Below, one piece after another: positions 11,865 through 23,218 of a stretch of DNA of 64,000 nt. Where the stretch lies: NCBI RefSeq assembly GCF_032191835.1, contig NC_083224.1:132556001-132620000 (forward strand), in the 5' to 3' direction. This DNA comes from Heteronotia binoei. Its lineage: Eukaryota. Both the position numbers and the translations under genes were made by a program. The notes under the pieces are model-generated. The model was given only the letters and a program-made list of their open reading frames with translations, was not told where the DNA came from and made no database searches. Every line of letters begins with the position of its first letter. The first letter of the stretch is position 1.

Positions 11865-12659
11865 TATATATACAAAGTGCTTGTGAAACCATTACCTTCA
11901 TTTGTATTCCAAACTATAATTGCCAAAAAGGAATGACAAGCCAAGTTTATTCCTGGTATAACACCATTTATTTAAAGGGGATTAAATCACAGGACAATTT
12001 AGATTTGAAAATATTCATTTTTTTCTGTGCAATGATGACAGCTAGAAAATCAGGTTTCTAGCCTATACTGCACGCTTATTCACTAGAAGAGACTAAACCA
12101 AAAGACTTCTCCTTTGATTCCTTTAAAATCAATGCAAAACATCTCTCCCCTTTATGCAGCCACACATTTTAATTGTAGAACTAACAGAATATTTATGCTG
12201 AGTGACCATATGCGTGTCAAATGTTAGACTCATTTCTCTTCCAAATCCAGCTGTTTTCATACATTATACTATTCTGCTTTGATTAAAGGCAGTAAAAGAA
12301 AAATGTCAGCTGAGAATCAAGTAAACAGGAGAAGCAGTCAATCACTCTTTTGGAAATCCCTATTATGAATAGTACTTTGTATCTTAAACTTCCATTAAAA
12401 AGTTCTTTTGTCAATATCCAAAAAGAGAAGACAAGAAACTGCAGATAGGATTAGACTGTACAGTGAGCATCTGGGCTGGAAATCAAGGAACACGAAGCAA
12501 ATGTTGATAATCCGGAAAGACTCAGGAGAATAAAAAAAAATCATTATTTGTGTGGCAAGAACCAGACAATAACACAGGAGGTAAAAGCTAGGGAAGATTC
12601 TCCAAAGAAACTCACGCTAGCCTTGAACAGAGAATGAGGAAGAGATGTGCTCCTCTGAT

Positions 12660-12801
12660 NNNNNNNNNNNNNNNNNNNNNNNNNNNNNNNNNNNNNNNNN
12701 NNNNNNNNNNNNNNNNNNNNNNNNNNNNNNNNNNNNNNNNNNNNNNNNNNNNNNNNNNNNNNNNNNNNNNNNNNNNNNNNNNNNNNNNNNNNNNNNNNNN
12801 N
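12660..12801. other. Assembly gap (142 N)
   Basis: Run of N. Confidence 1.
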
Positions 12802-15793
12802 GCCCATTCCCCCATTGGGGGCTCAGAGCAGAGTCCCTGCCAGTTTTCCCTTTGGGATTCTTGCCTTAGCTTGTTGACCATTTCTGAGCAGAAAGTATGA
12901 TTAGTACAGACTATCTCAAAGATGTAAGAATTAAAGTGAACAAGTACAGAAGTCAGAAGAGAAAAGGGCTATATAAATAAATGACCTTCCTTTCTCAAGA
13001 CTGACAGAACTTCCTTAGCTCTATTTTGACAATTAAAGTCTTTAGAACACTGGATTCTTAGCATTACTAGCATCTAGCACTATTTTATAAAGCCAAAAAG
13101 TGCTTTCAGGAAATGTTGATCAAGTAAAACAAAACAGGAAATGTTGATCAGTTCAAAACATTAGATACCACCAAGGATGTTCATAATCATATGCAGGAAT
13201 AGAAACATTTCAAAAGCAACTACAGTATAAGAAAATATAGATAGCAGAGCAAGTGTTGACATGTTTCCTTGAAGTATCAATTTATTTTCCTCCAAAGAAT
13301 ATTTGATGACTCTGAAGTCAGAATTTCATTAGAATAAATGTATATGTTTTTATTAAATAAAAAGTCCAGTACATTCTGAGTAGAAAACAAGAACAAAAAC
13401 AGTTTAACCCCAAAGGATAAAGTTATGAGCAAATGAACAAAGAAGTTTATAATGGAACTCTGAAACGAAAACTACAGCATTTGCTATTGTCAAGGCCAAT
13501 AAATATATATTCACTTGCTTAGCACTTTGCTACCCTTTTGGATGAACAATGTCATATAAAATGCAGTATAAAAGTCCCAAGGGTTACTGAGCTGTCTTGT
13601 TGAACCACTAGTTCTCAGCTGTGGCATATGGCCAATAGTGATATTAAACTATTAGGGTTTGTTATTCCCTCCATAGTGTGTGAGAATCACAGTGGTATGT
13701 AATTCTCTGCATATGGAAAAAGGAGAAACTTTTATCATGATACGCTGTACTCTAGTTCTGCAGATTGAATAATTTAAACATAGAAACTATGTAATTTATG
13801 AGTTAAGTCTCTTCAAGTCACACATTTTTCAAAGAACTGGAGTTCACTGTTAGATCTAACATACTGTTTATAGTTTTAATATCCCCATGTTGCAGAGAAG
13901 AGGCTGAAATAGGGAAAACTGGATTGCCTGGGCTCTCTTATGACTTCAAGCTGAGATCTGAACACACTTTCCAGCTCAGATCCTAACCCATTATTCCCCA
14001 GCAGCTCTTTTATGCACATATGAGCAATCCTATATTTTCATCACTTATAGATTTGTATTCTTGAAAAACTGAGGCCACAATCCTAAGCAGGTTACTTGGA
14101 AGGCTATTCAGTCTAGTCAGTGGGGCTTATTTTCAGGAAAATGTTATTATGGCACTGTTACTGTATGAACAGGCATAATGGTTTTAGCTGGTAGCAATTT
14201 TATCAACCATTTTTCCAGCTGCCACATTAAGTGGAATGAATCTGTAACTATTAGGTTCATAAAAGACTATTGCTAAGCAAGTGCCTAGCTACGAAGAGTT
14301 AAAAACCCCTCACATGTAGAAATAATGTTCTGTGCTGCAAACCAGATTATAAATGTTATTTTTATAACTAATAACATATTACCCAGAAAACTTTTTCTGT
14401 TGGAAATTATTACATAAACAAAGTATTTCAGGCATAGAAAGCACAAGAAACCAGTGATCCAATGTTTACTGTGTTGGCAGCAATACAGGAAACCTTTGGG
14501 GTGGGGGAATGTGAGGGAGATTAATAGATTCTTTGTTAAAACTGGCTGTTTACTTCATTACTCTGAAAAGCTACAAATAGTAAAATTTCTTCAGCTTCCA
14601 CCTATGCATAAAAGAGGGAAAGTATTTAGGGTGAGTCAATTTATCAGGAATTTACCAGGCATTTCTGCAGCTAGTGATAGCATCTCACCAACATCTGTCT
14701 TCAACAGGTTGTTGATACAGCTGAATTAAATCTGCTTATCAGTGCACTTTTCCACCACCATTGAAAAAGATTTGAGACAGAGACCTCAGAACATGCCAAA
14801 GGCTTTACTACAATTTTCAAGGAAAACTAAGTATGGTGGTCACATTTCCAATATGCTAAGTATACAAACGTCTACCAGATTTTAATATATTACCTACAAT
14901 GTCATTAGTTCATGCTAGAAAATACACCTTGACAGCTGACTTCGACATCACTGAGAACAGCCCTGCCAGAGAAATTCTGCAGTAAAATGGGATAATGCAA
15001 TAGGCAATAAAACCAGATTTGAAAGTCATACCCCCTTCTACTGATAGCATGTAAGCACAGAAATGATATGCATCTAGCTGATGAGAGGCTTAGGTTTTTC
15101 AATATTTCTCTATACATAGTGCACAGTATTTGCATTATCACAAGTTTGAGTTACATCAAATCAAAACATTTAGGACGATACAATTCTGGACTCTGGCCAA
15201 TATAGTAATGCTTTATATTAAATGGTTCTGTATACCAGATAGCTATGACATTTTATATAATATAAAACTCATTCCAAGAGCAAAATATTTACATGATCAT
15301 TCCTAGCCCCAAAACAACTGACTCCAGTGAATCTAGAACAGTGTAACTTGGCTTAGGTTGGCAAAGTTAAGTTTATGTGGGGTTTTTACTTTGGTGGTGG
15401 TCTTTAAAAACCGTCTGTGTTCAACTCTGGGTTTCTTTTGTCAACTACTTAATAATAGGTATATCACAATTTGTTTCTATATGTGAAAGAAGAATTTTTA
15501 TAAGTTTGGCCAGCAAAAAGGGAAAAAGTCTATATTTTCATTTTAAAACCCCGAAAGCGAAAAGAAATTATTCAGCATGTCTCAAAACATAAGGTCAAAA
15601 ATTAATATAAATATATACATGTAACCTGAAACAATTTAATGCCATCTTAGCTTCATCTGAGATTTTACAATCTTGTAGCAGTCACTGGTATCATGATTAC
15701 ATCAGCCTTTTTATTATAGCTGATTCATTGCTAACACAATTTTATGAAGAGCACATACCAGGGTGTTGAAAATAATCAAACTTTATCACAGAT

Positions 15794-15980
15794 AAGGCCC
15801 GGCCCTTCCCAGCCAAGCCGGCATCGCCGGCGTTCAGGCTGGGGGCCGTCTTTGCCCCCTCGGAAGGAGAGAGCGACGGAATGCTTCGCCCGGTACATCC
15901 GGGTCTGTTTCTGGGCGTGGCGTCAGGGCTATATAAGCCCCGGCCCCGCCCAGATCTCCTCAGTTCCTTTGGGCTCTCTG
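15794..15980 (+). repeat. Ngaro A1 repeat
   Basis: About 95% identical to 21574-21759 by hand count. Confidence 0.9.
15918..15936 (+). promoter_or_regulatory. Putative element promoter: TGGCGTCA (CRE-like) plus TATATAA box in the A repeat
   Basis: TGGCGTCAGGGCTATATAAGCCC, retained in A2 (21697-21715); CpG-rich 5' leader follows A1. Confidence 0.5.
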
Positions 15981-17043
15981 AGTGAGAGCCACGTGTGGTG
16001 GAGCTCGGCGGGCGAGGCCTTGCGACGTTGGGCTAGGGCCAGTCTGAAGGGCTTGAAGAGTGTGCGGCGGCTTGGCGGCGCTGGCGGCGGCTGAGGCTCA
16101 AGCGGCCGGTGGCAGCACGTGCAAGGAGCGGCAATTCTGCGTCCCTTTGGGACTGGGTGATAGTGACAGTGTGTGGAAGCGGGGTTTTGCATGTGGGGGC
16201 CATTTGGGGGGCGGTTGGTCCTTTTGGACGGCAAGTAAGCGGGAAGCGCACATGGCAGCCGTCCCTGTGTGGGGGTTTGAGTGGTCACCTGGGTGGGTGG
16301 CATCTCCCTCCCCCCCCCTACCAGACCAGTACTGCCCTGGTTACTTTCCCATAGCGAGCTGGGTGTGGAGTGTGGAGTACGGTGTGGAGGTCTTTGGGGC
16401 TTTCTCCAGCCGCCTCTTGCGTTGCGAAACACCCCCCCCCCTGTTAAGGCGGCAAAGGAAGGCAGGAGGTGTGCGGCGGCCGCTGCGCACCGCCCGCAGC
16501 GCGCTCAGCGGCCATTTTTAAAAGGTATTACTCAAGTGGACGGTGAGGCTGGACGAGCGCACACGGTGGCAATATTGTGCAAAGTAAGAGAGGACCCTCG
16601 GGTCAGGCGGTTGAGCTTGCCTGTGGTGCATGCGGTGGCCATTATGTGCGTGCTAGGGCTGACGCGTGTGGTAGGCCGTCGAGCTCGGCCTGCAGCGCAG
16701 GCGGCGGCCATCTTACATGGATCCCAACGGTCCCGAAGTGGCAAAGGGGACAGTAATAATATTTTAAAGGGGAAGAATATCGCAGGCATATAAGGGGCTT
16801 ACAGACGGCTGGGCATTATAGATCTATCACACAGCTATGGTGTTGAAGAGTGGAGTTGGCTCTGTTTTCAGCCCGAGCCCTCTGGGGAGGTCTCCCCCCT
16901 CCTCATTTTATTGTGCCTGATCAGGACCCGGCCTTGCCTCATCCACCCCCCCCCCCATCCATCCTTCCTGGTTGACGGGTGGTGTGGCTCATATTAATGC
17001 ATAGCAGTGTCTCTGTGGTGCAGCCGGGATTAAGGGCAACATC

Positions 17044-18400
17044 ATGGTGCCTAAGAAGGATCAGGGAGTATTCAAGGGCAAGCAGCCTGCCCGCTCGTCC
17101 CGTGGGCGGGAGGCAGCCGCCATGCCCTGCTGAGGACCCAGGATAAGGGGAGTGGTCCGGTTGACCATCTTGAGCATCATGAGGTCCGGTTGGCCATTTT
17201 GAGCAACAAATGGTTGCCACAGAGGCTCCCATATGGCAGGGACATCCCATATGGGAGGAAGGCTTGGAAGAGTTGGAAGAGCCCCTCTACGCAGAGTGTT
17301 ACAGCTGCAGTACGGCAGTCCCAGGCTCTGCTCATGATCTGAGTTCGATCCCTGGCGGAAGCCGGGTGTTCAGGTAGCCGGCTCGAGGTTGACTCAGCCT
17401 TCTATATTGGTGCTGCTTGGGGTCTTGTTTGATCTTTCTTTCCCTTAGTGGGGTCGGGTGGCTAATGGGTGCATTGACCTTCTGGGCACCCTTCCACTTA
17501 TTGTGTCAATTAGGCTTGACAGGGGAACTTGCGACCGGCTGGGAAGGTGTCGCACAGTTACTGCTGTGGGCCTGGCTGCGGTTTAGAGGTGTCCTGATGG
17601 CACCCATGAAAGTGCAGGGCAGGTCTACGAGCAGACAGCCCACCCACCTGGCCTGGGGGGCAGGCCTGCAGCCCGGTCCTGATGAAGAGCCGGGGCAGAG
17701 GAAGCGGGTCTAAAGGGCCATTATGGGCCAGTTAGAGGCCCTCGAGCAGGAAAGAGTTGCCAGGGGTGCTCCCATTTGGGAGGGGCGTTGTCGCACCTCT
17801 AGGCACTCAGCACGGCTAACTTTTAAGACGGAGGTGCTGGCCCGCTTGTCTGTTTTACAGGGTGGCGCAACGGGGCCCGAACCTCAATTGGAACGCCCTT
17901 GGGTATTGGTGGTAAGCTCCGGTTGCAGCAGACACAAGGGTGGCCTTGGGATCCTATTCAAATGCCATCCCTCCCCCCGGCGGCGGGGGGTGGGGCTTGG
18001 GGCTATGGGCGGTCCGGAACTCCCGCCGAGCAGTGGGGTTCCAGGCGCCTTAGGCTTGGGGCATGCAGGGGGCAGCCCCCTATGGATCCGCTTTGGGTAG
18101 TTTAGGCTTACGGGCCGTGGGTCAACAGGCTGCCCCGGCAGTGGCACCTGGTGTCGCCACGGTGCCGCTCCCCCTGGCATTTTGCCCTGGGGGGGTAGTT
18201 GTTTGCACATATGCAGGGGGCATGGCCTGGTGTGCAGGGCGGTGGCTCTAGGCGGTGCCTAGTGGGTGAGGCAGAAAGCCCTGCAGTTTCAGGCACAGGT
18301 GTCCACTTTACAGCGGGGCTCACGCCTTCTCCGCCTGTAGGAGGTCGGAGCCGAGGCCCGGGGGTAGGCGCCCCGGTGGTAGCGGTGGTGGCAGTCAGCA
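17044..18400 (+). pseudogene. Ngaro ORF1 (gag-like) remnant
   Basis: Starts ATGGTGCCTAAGAAG (MVPKKDQGVFKGKQPAR), basic Pro-rich start, multiple stops and frameshifts; position upstream of RT. Confidence 0.4.
17281..17404 (+). mobile_element. Sauria SINE 5' fragment inside Ngaro ORF1
   Basis: GCAGAGTG..AGCTGCAGTAC.GCAGTCC...GAGTTCGATCC...GGTTGACTCAGCCTTC, colinear with 1970-2095. Confidence 0.8.
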
Positions 18401-18479
18401 GCCCCCTGGAAAATGGGCTCAGCCCCTTTCGACTGAGGGTGCTCAATTGTTTATTGAGTAAGTGCCCAGGTAAAGCAGA

Positions 18480-19600
18480 TGGCCTGTATTTGTCAGTGGT
18501 GTTTTCTTTGGAGTTTCGTATTCCTTATCAGGGGCCTAGCCCCCCCCTTTTCGGCTGCTAATTTTCGGTCAGTGGCGGGTCTTGAGTATGTAGTTAGGGC
18601 TAAGATCGCCAAAGAGGGTCAGGGGGGTAGGGTCTTAGGACCCTTTGATATGCCTCCTGTACCCACATTGAGCGTATCTCCCTTGGGGGTGGTGCCTATT
18701 GAGGCGCCAAGGGAATATCGCCTCATTCTTCACCGGTCCTACCCCAGAGGGGTGTCGGTAAATTATGGAATTATGTTTGGTACGGTACACTTTCTTTGAC
18801 CAGTCAGTCAAAGTACTGCGGGGTTGTGGTGTCGGGGCTGAGAGGGCAATATGCGACATCAAGTCGGCATTTCACCTCTTGCCAGTTCATTCCAAGGTTT
18901 TTGAGCTCCTGGGTTTTTGCTTTGAGAGCAAACTTTAAATGGATCGCACCCTTCCGATGGGGTGCCCGGTCTCCTGCGCGGCATTCGAGCGCTTTAGCTC
19001 CTTGGTTGAGTGGGTGTTATAGGATAGGCCCGGGCTTAATGACATGGCGCACTACCGGGGCGACTACCATTTGCCGGTCCAGTGGGCGCAAGGTGAGGCG
19101 CCCGGCTCTTACATGCTTTTCAGGAGTTGGCCATCAAGTTAGGGGCACCTTTGGCGTATGAGAATATCGATGGGCCCAGTACGGTGCTTACAATTAGGCA
19201 TTGAGCTCGATACCCACCAGCTGGCGTTTCGGCTGCTGGAGAATAAGGTTGCTGACCTTAGGGGCCTGTTGGCTGCCCTGCAGGGGCAACGCAAGGTGTC
19301 GCTGCTCTAATTACAGCGGGTGGTCGGTCACCTTATCTTCGTATGCAAGTGGTGGCACCTGGCAGGGCCTCTTTGAGGCGTCTTTGTGACGCTATGGGTC
19401 ACCTGCGTTGGACAGCGGGTGCAGTAGGGACCTGACATTTTTGGAATTTTTGCCCTATTCTAGTGGTCGTTTGGCTTTGGGGTGAGCAACTCGCCAACTA
19501 GTTGGTGCTTGTCTGGGGCGATAACATGGCAGTAGTACATGTTACCATCTTCTTCACCTCTAAGTTGTGTTGGTTGTAACCTGGTTAGGTTATTCACACT
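18480..19600 (+). pseudogene. Ngaro reverse transcriptase / RNase H remnant
   Basis: Motifs in ORF 18479-18799 and following frames; HY(L)DD degraded to HYRGD; LTFLEFF, DNMAVVHV. Confidence 0.85.
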
Positions 19601-19749
19601 TCGTTACCTTCGGTGGGATATTTGGTTCCTGACCGGGCACGTACCTGGAGGCTGCAATGGGGTGGCGGACACTCTATCTCGCCAATAGATGGAGCACTTT
19701 CGGCAGCTCACCCCGGAAGTGGACTCGTGGCCAGCGCGAAGGCCCCTGG

Positions 19750-20275
19750 ACCTCTGGTACCTTGGGAAGCGGAGGCTGGTAGGGACATTCAGCTGGCTTT
19801 GGCACCTAGTACCAGAGAGGCTTAGGGTAGAGCGGCTTCCCTATTCTGGGAGTTTGGAGGGCCGCTGCGCCGCAGGATTTCTGGCCAATTTCGACGGCTC
19901 ATATTATGCAATGCTGTGTGTTACAGAAAGAGAGGTTTGGGGTTGTGGTCTATTGGGGGCCAACTGGCGGCGTTGGCCTTTAGTTGTAAAGCCCATGAGT
20001 TCGCTGAGAAAACCTATTAACAGTAGGGCATACGACAGAGTGGCTTCCCAATTCCGGGCATTTGGGAGCACCACGGGACTGCATGTTAGTTGGCGGGTTC
20101 CGTGACACGGGTTATGCAGTTCCCCTTTCGGGGCCGCTCTGCTTCATGTGGCCTCGTTGATGGACTTTTTTCGGCGCTATGTGTTAGCGAGTTGGTGGTG
20201 TAGTCTAAGTCCTCAACATTGGTTGGCCTGTGGCGGGTGACAGCCTTGTGAACCAGGTGCGCCCGTTGGTCACCT
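19750..20275 (+). pseudogene. Ngaro tyrosine recombinase remnant
   Basis: WEAEAGRDIQLALAPSTREA N-terminal motif and ..VRP C-terminal end; catalytic R..H-x-x-R..Y motifs not recognisable (deleted or degraded). Confidence 0.55.
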
Positions 20276-20351
20276 AGGGGGTATGTTTGGAGGGCGATGG
20301 TTTTATCGCCTCTTGGTTTTTACCTGTTCTGACAACTTTTCTGTTTTCCAG

Positions 20352-21110
20352 GTGCTGTGGCTCGTAATGAGAGGCATCATGTTCTCATCTGCGGCACAGC
20401 AGGGTGTTCCAGGCGGCCCATTAAGCCAGGCGGTTTCCAACGGGCACCCAGCTGGGCTTCAGCGATGGGGCAGTTGTGGAATGGCTGGGTCGCCGGGGGC
20501 CGGTGTTGGCCGGAGATTAGGACATTGTAGTGCGGAGAGAGGAGGGCGCCTCCTCCGCACATCTGGGCCATTCACTTGGGCGGTTTCAGGGGAGCACCTA
20601 TGGCCTAGCACCAAGTGTGCAGGTGGTCTGTATGAACCGCAGATGGGCTACACGGCTCAGTGCGGGGACTGTAGATCATGGAACAGCCTCACCAGAGCGT
20701 ATCTTTCCATGGGGGATTGACGCTAACCCAGGTGGTGAATGGCTCGGGGCCTGGCCGCTCAGCAACAACCCGAATCTGGCGGGCTTGTGCTGGGGGCAGG
20801 GTTGCACGCCCTCTAGGACAAGGCGGGGTCCAGATGTGACCCCAGGGCTTGTCCTTCTTGGCTGGTCCTGGTATGGTCAGCTAGATCGCCACGCAGGAGT
20901 TGGAGGTGTGCCCCTTTCACCCGGTGGGATGGAGCGGGCTATGCGCAAGGCCAATAGGGCCCTGTAAAAAGCCATGGAGAATGGCTTGGGGATTTTTCTA
21001 CCTCATCCAGCCATACGGGTCGAAGATGCCAACCTGTATTGGCCGGAGGGGGTTCATCTTTCAGAGTTGGGTAACCGGGCCTTTTTAGAAGAGATGTGGC
21101 AGGGTTGCGG
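20352..21110 (+). pseudogene. Ngaro SGNH/GDSL hydrolase remnant
   Basis: HVLICG(H)S block I (1-nt deletion), VEWLGRRG block II, PPPHIWAIHLGG block III (N lost), and EGVHLS block V at 21049-21063. Confidence 0.75.
20584..20854 (+). repeat. Extra partial B repeat (B0) inside the hydrolase ORF
   Basis: Aligns to B1/B2 from TTTCAGGGGAGCACC to CCCAGGGCTTGTCC, with more differences than B1 versus B2. Confidence 0.9.
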
Positions 21111-21169
21111 TCGGCTCGGGGCCGTCCGTTGGGGCGCTAATGCCTAAGCAGAGGCTTGGCATTGGCGGT

Positions 21170-21573
21170 GGCTGGAGGATGTTTTGGCCACAGTGTTTTC
21201 AGGGGAGCACCTATGGCCTAGCACCAGTGGTGCGGGTGGTCTGTATGAATCGCAGATGGGCTACACGGCTCAGTGCGGGGAATGCAGATCACAGAAAGCC
21301 TCACCTGGGTGGATCTTTCCATGGGGGATTGATGCTAGCTTAGGTGGAGAATGGCTGGGGCCTGGCCGCTCAGCTACAACCCAAATACAGCGGGCTTGTG
21401 CTGGGGGCAGGGTGGCTCGCCCTTTGGACAAGGCGGGGTCCGGGGGTGACCCCAGGGCTTGTCCCGTTCAGGTCCCATCCCTGCCAGTTATAGGTTGATT
21501 ACTGATTTAATAAAGCGGCCCGCTTTTTATACCCAACACTTTGTGTCTGTCTCTTCATTCCGACTGGGGGGGC
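21170..21573 (+). repeat. Ngaro B1 repeat with AATAAA at 21509-21514
   Basis: About 12 substitutions in ~400 bp versus B2. Confidence 0.95.
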
Positions 21574-21759
21574 AAGGCCCGCCCTTCCCAGCCAAGTCGG
21601 CATTGCCGGCGTTCAGGCTGGGGGCCGTCTTTGCCCCCTCGGAAGGAGGGAACGACGGAATGCTTCGACCAGTACATCCGGGTCTGTTTCTGGGCATGGC
21701 GTCAGGGCTATATAAGCCCCAGCCCCGCCCAGATGTCCTCAGTTCCTTTGGGCTCTCTG
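21574..21759 (+). repeat. Ngaro A2 repeat
   Basis: Direct repeat of A1, abutting B1. Confidence 0.95.
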
Positions 21760-21926
21760 CCCGCCCACCCTCCCTTGACAGTACAGGTTTCAACTGGTCG
21801 CCTTGTTAGGGGCCAGGTAGGAATGTTTTCATCTTCACATAATTGGCCCAAGTGGAGTTGTTTTTCGCCTACCTTGTACTGCCTTGTAGCGTTAGGTGTT
21901 AGCGGTGGGAGTTTACTTCGGTTGCA

Positions 21927-22330
21927 GGCTGGAGGATGTTTTGGCCACAGTGTTTTCAGGGGAGCACCTATGGCCTAGCACCAGTGGTGCGGGTGGTCTG
22001 TATGAACCGCAGATGGACTACACGGCTCAGTGCGGGGAATGCAGATCACGGAAAGCCTCACCTGGGCGGATCTTTCCATGGGGGACTGATGCTAGCCCAG
22101 GTGGAGAATGGCTGGGGCCTGGCCGCTCAGCTACAACCCGAATACGGCGGGCTTGTGCTGGGGGCAGGGTGGCTCGCCCTTTGGACAAGGCGGGGTCCGG
22201 GGGTGACCCCAGGGCTTGTCCCGTTCAGGTCCCATCCCTGCCAGTTATAGGTTGATTAATGATTTAATAAAGCAGCCCGGTTTTTATACCCAACACTTTG
22301 TGTCTGTCTCTTCATTCCGACTGGGGGGGC
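21927..22330 (+). repeat. Ngaro B2 repeat with AATAAA at 22266-22271
   Basis: Direct repeat of B1; terminal GACTGGGGGGGC. Confidence 0.95.
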
Positions 22331-22364
22331 AAAAGGCAGGCTAGTACATAGCAGGTTCAAAAAA

Positions 22365-23218
22365 TGGGATGATGGAAGATATTCTAGATATGGCAGGTAG
22401 TAGGATTCTTTTGCTGAGACTTGGAAACAAAAACTCTGTCCACCTCAAAACTAGCTGTAGAAGACATAGAATAGGGATTAAGGACAGAGAAATTTAAGAG
22501 AGAAAGAGGGGCAAAAAGAAGCATGTGAAAAGTGACATGAAAGGGGGGGAGGGTGTGTGAATGGGGTGAAAGAGGGCAAACAGAAGGCAACTTGAAGAAG
22601 AAGATGGAAGAAGTGTGGAAGTGATCAGGGGGTTTTGGCCAGAGTCCAGAATTGTATCATCCTAAATATTGACTGGTTGGCCACTGGATGAGATAGGATG
22701 CTAAACTAGATGTACCACTGATCTAATCCAGCAGGGCTCTTCAAAATGTTCTTATTAAACCATTGTGTACCTTCAATTTGCCTTTCTAAAACTATTCTAG
22801 GCCTTTTGATGTAACTTTTCGAGGAATATTCTATAGAAAATAAGGTTCCATGACCTTATCTTATAACTGTATGTTTATGTCCCAGAGAAATCACATTTTA
22901 ACTTAGATAGCATGCACTATGTTTCCTGCAATCTGCTTGTTGCCACACCTCCTGATCGCTTCCACACTTTTTCCACTTTTTCTTCAAGTTGCCTTCTGTT
23001 TGTCCTCTTTCACCGCATTCACACACTCTCCTCCCCCCCCCTTCATGTCACTTTTCACATGCTTCTCTTTGCCCCTCTTTCTCTCTTAAATTTCTCTGTC
23101 CTTAATCCCTATTCTATGTCTTCTACAGCTAGTTTTGAGGTGGACAGAGTTTATGTTCCCAAGTCTCAGTCAAAGATACCTACTTCCTGCCATATCTAGA
23201 ATATCGTCCATCATCCCA
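22365..23218. repeat. Long inverted repeat, ~270-bp arms (22365-22632, 22948-23218) around a ~315-bp spacer
   Basis: Arms are reverse complements (ORF track gives near-identical peptides on opposite strands: 22384-22590 minus, 22912-23199 plus); spacer contains a CR1 3' tail (~22690-22757). Confidence 0.9.

Larger units (their letters stand above)
15794..22332 (+). mobile_element. Ngaro-type tyrosine-recombinase (DIRS order) retrotransposon with split direct repeats
   Basis: A1 15794-15980, B1 21170-21573, A2 21574-21759, B2 21927-22330; DIRS-type RT motifs (GPFDMPPVPTLSVSPLGVVP, YRLILHRSYP, DIKSAF, LPMGC), RNase H DNMAVV, YR N-terminal LAPST, SGNH hydrolase remnant; no TSD. Confidence 0.9.

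Noticed and set aside
12544-12900. ORFs spanning the N run
   Set aside because: Artefacts of translating an assembly gap.
15744-22255. Many 70-170 aa ORFs on both strands in the Ngaro element as novel genes
   Set aside because: Expected in GC-rich, stop-poor DNA; repeated peptides simply mirror the A and B repeats.
20575-22330. Three B repeats as a CRISPR-like or satellite array
   Set aside because: Repeats are 270-400 bp and explained by Ngaro split-direct-repeat structure; the DNA is eukaryotic.
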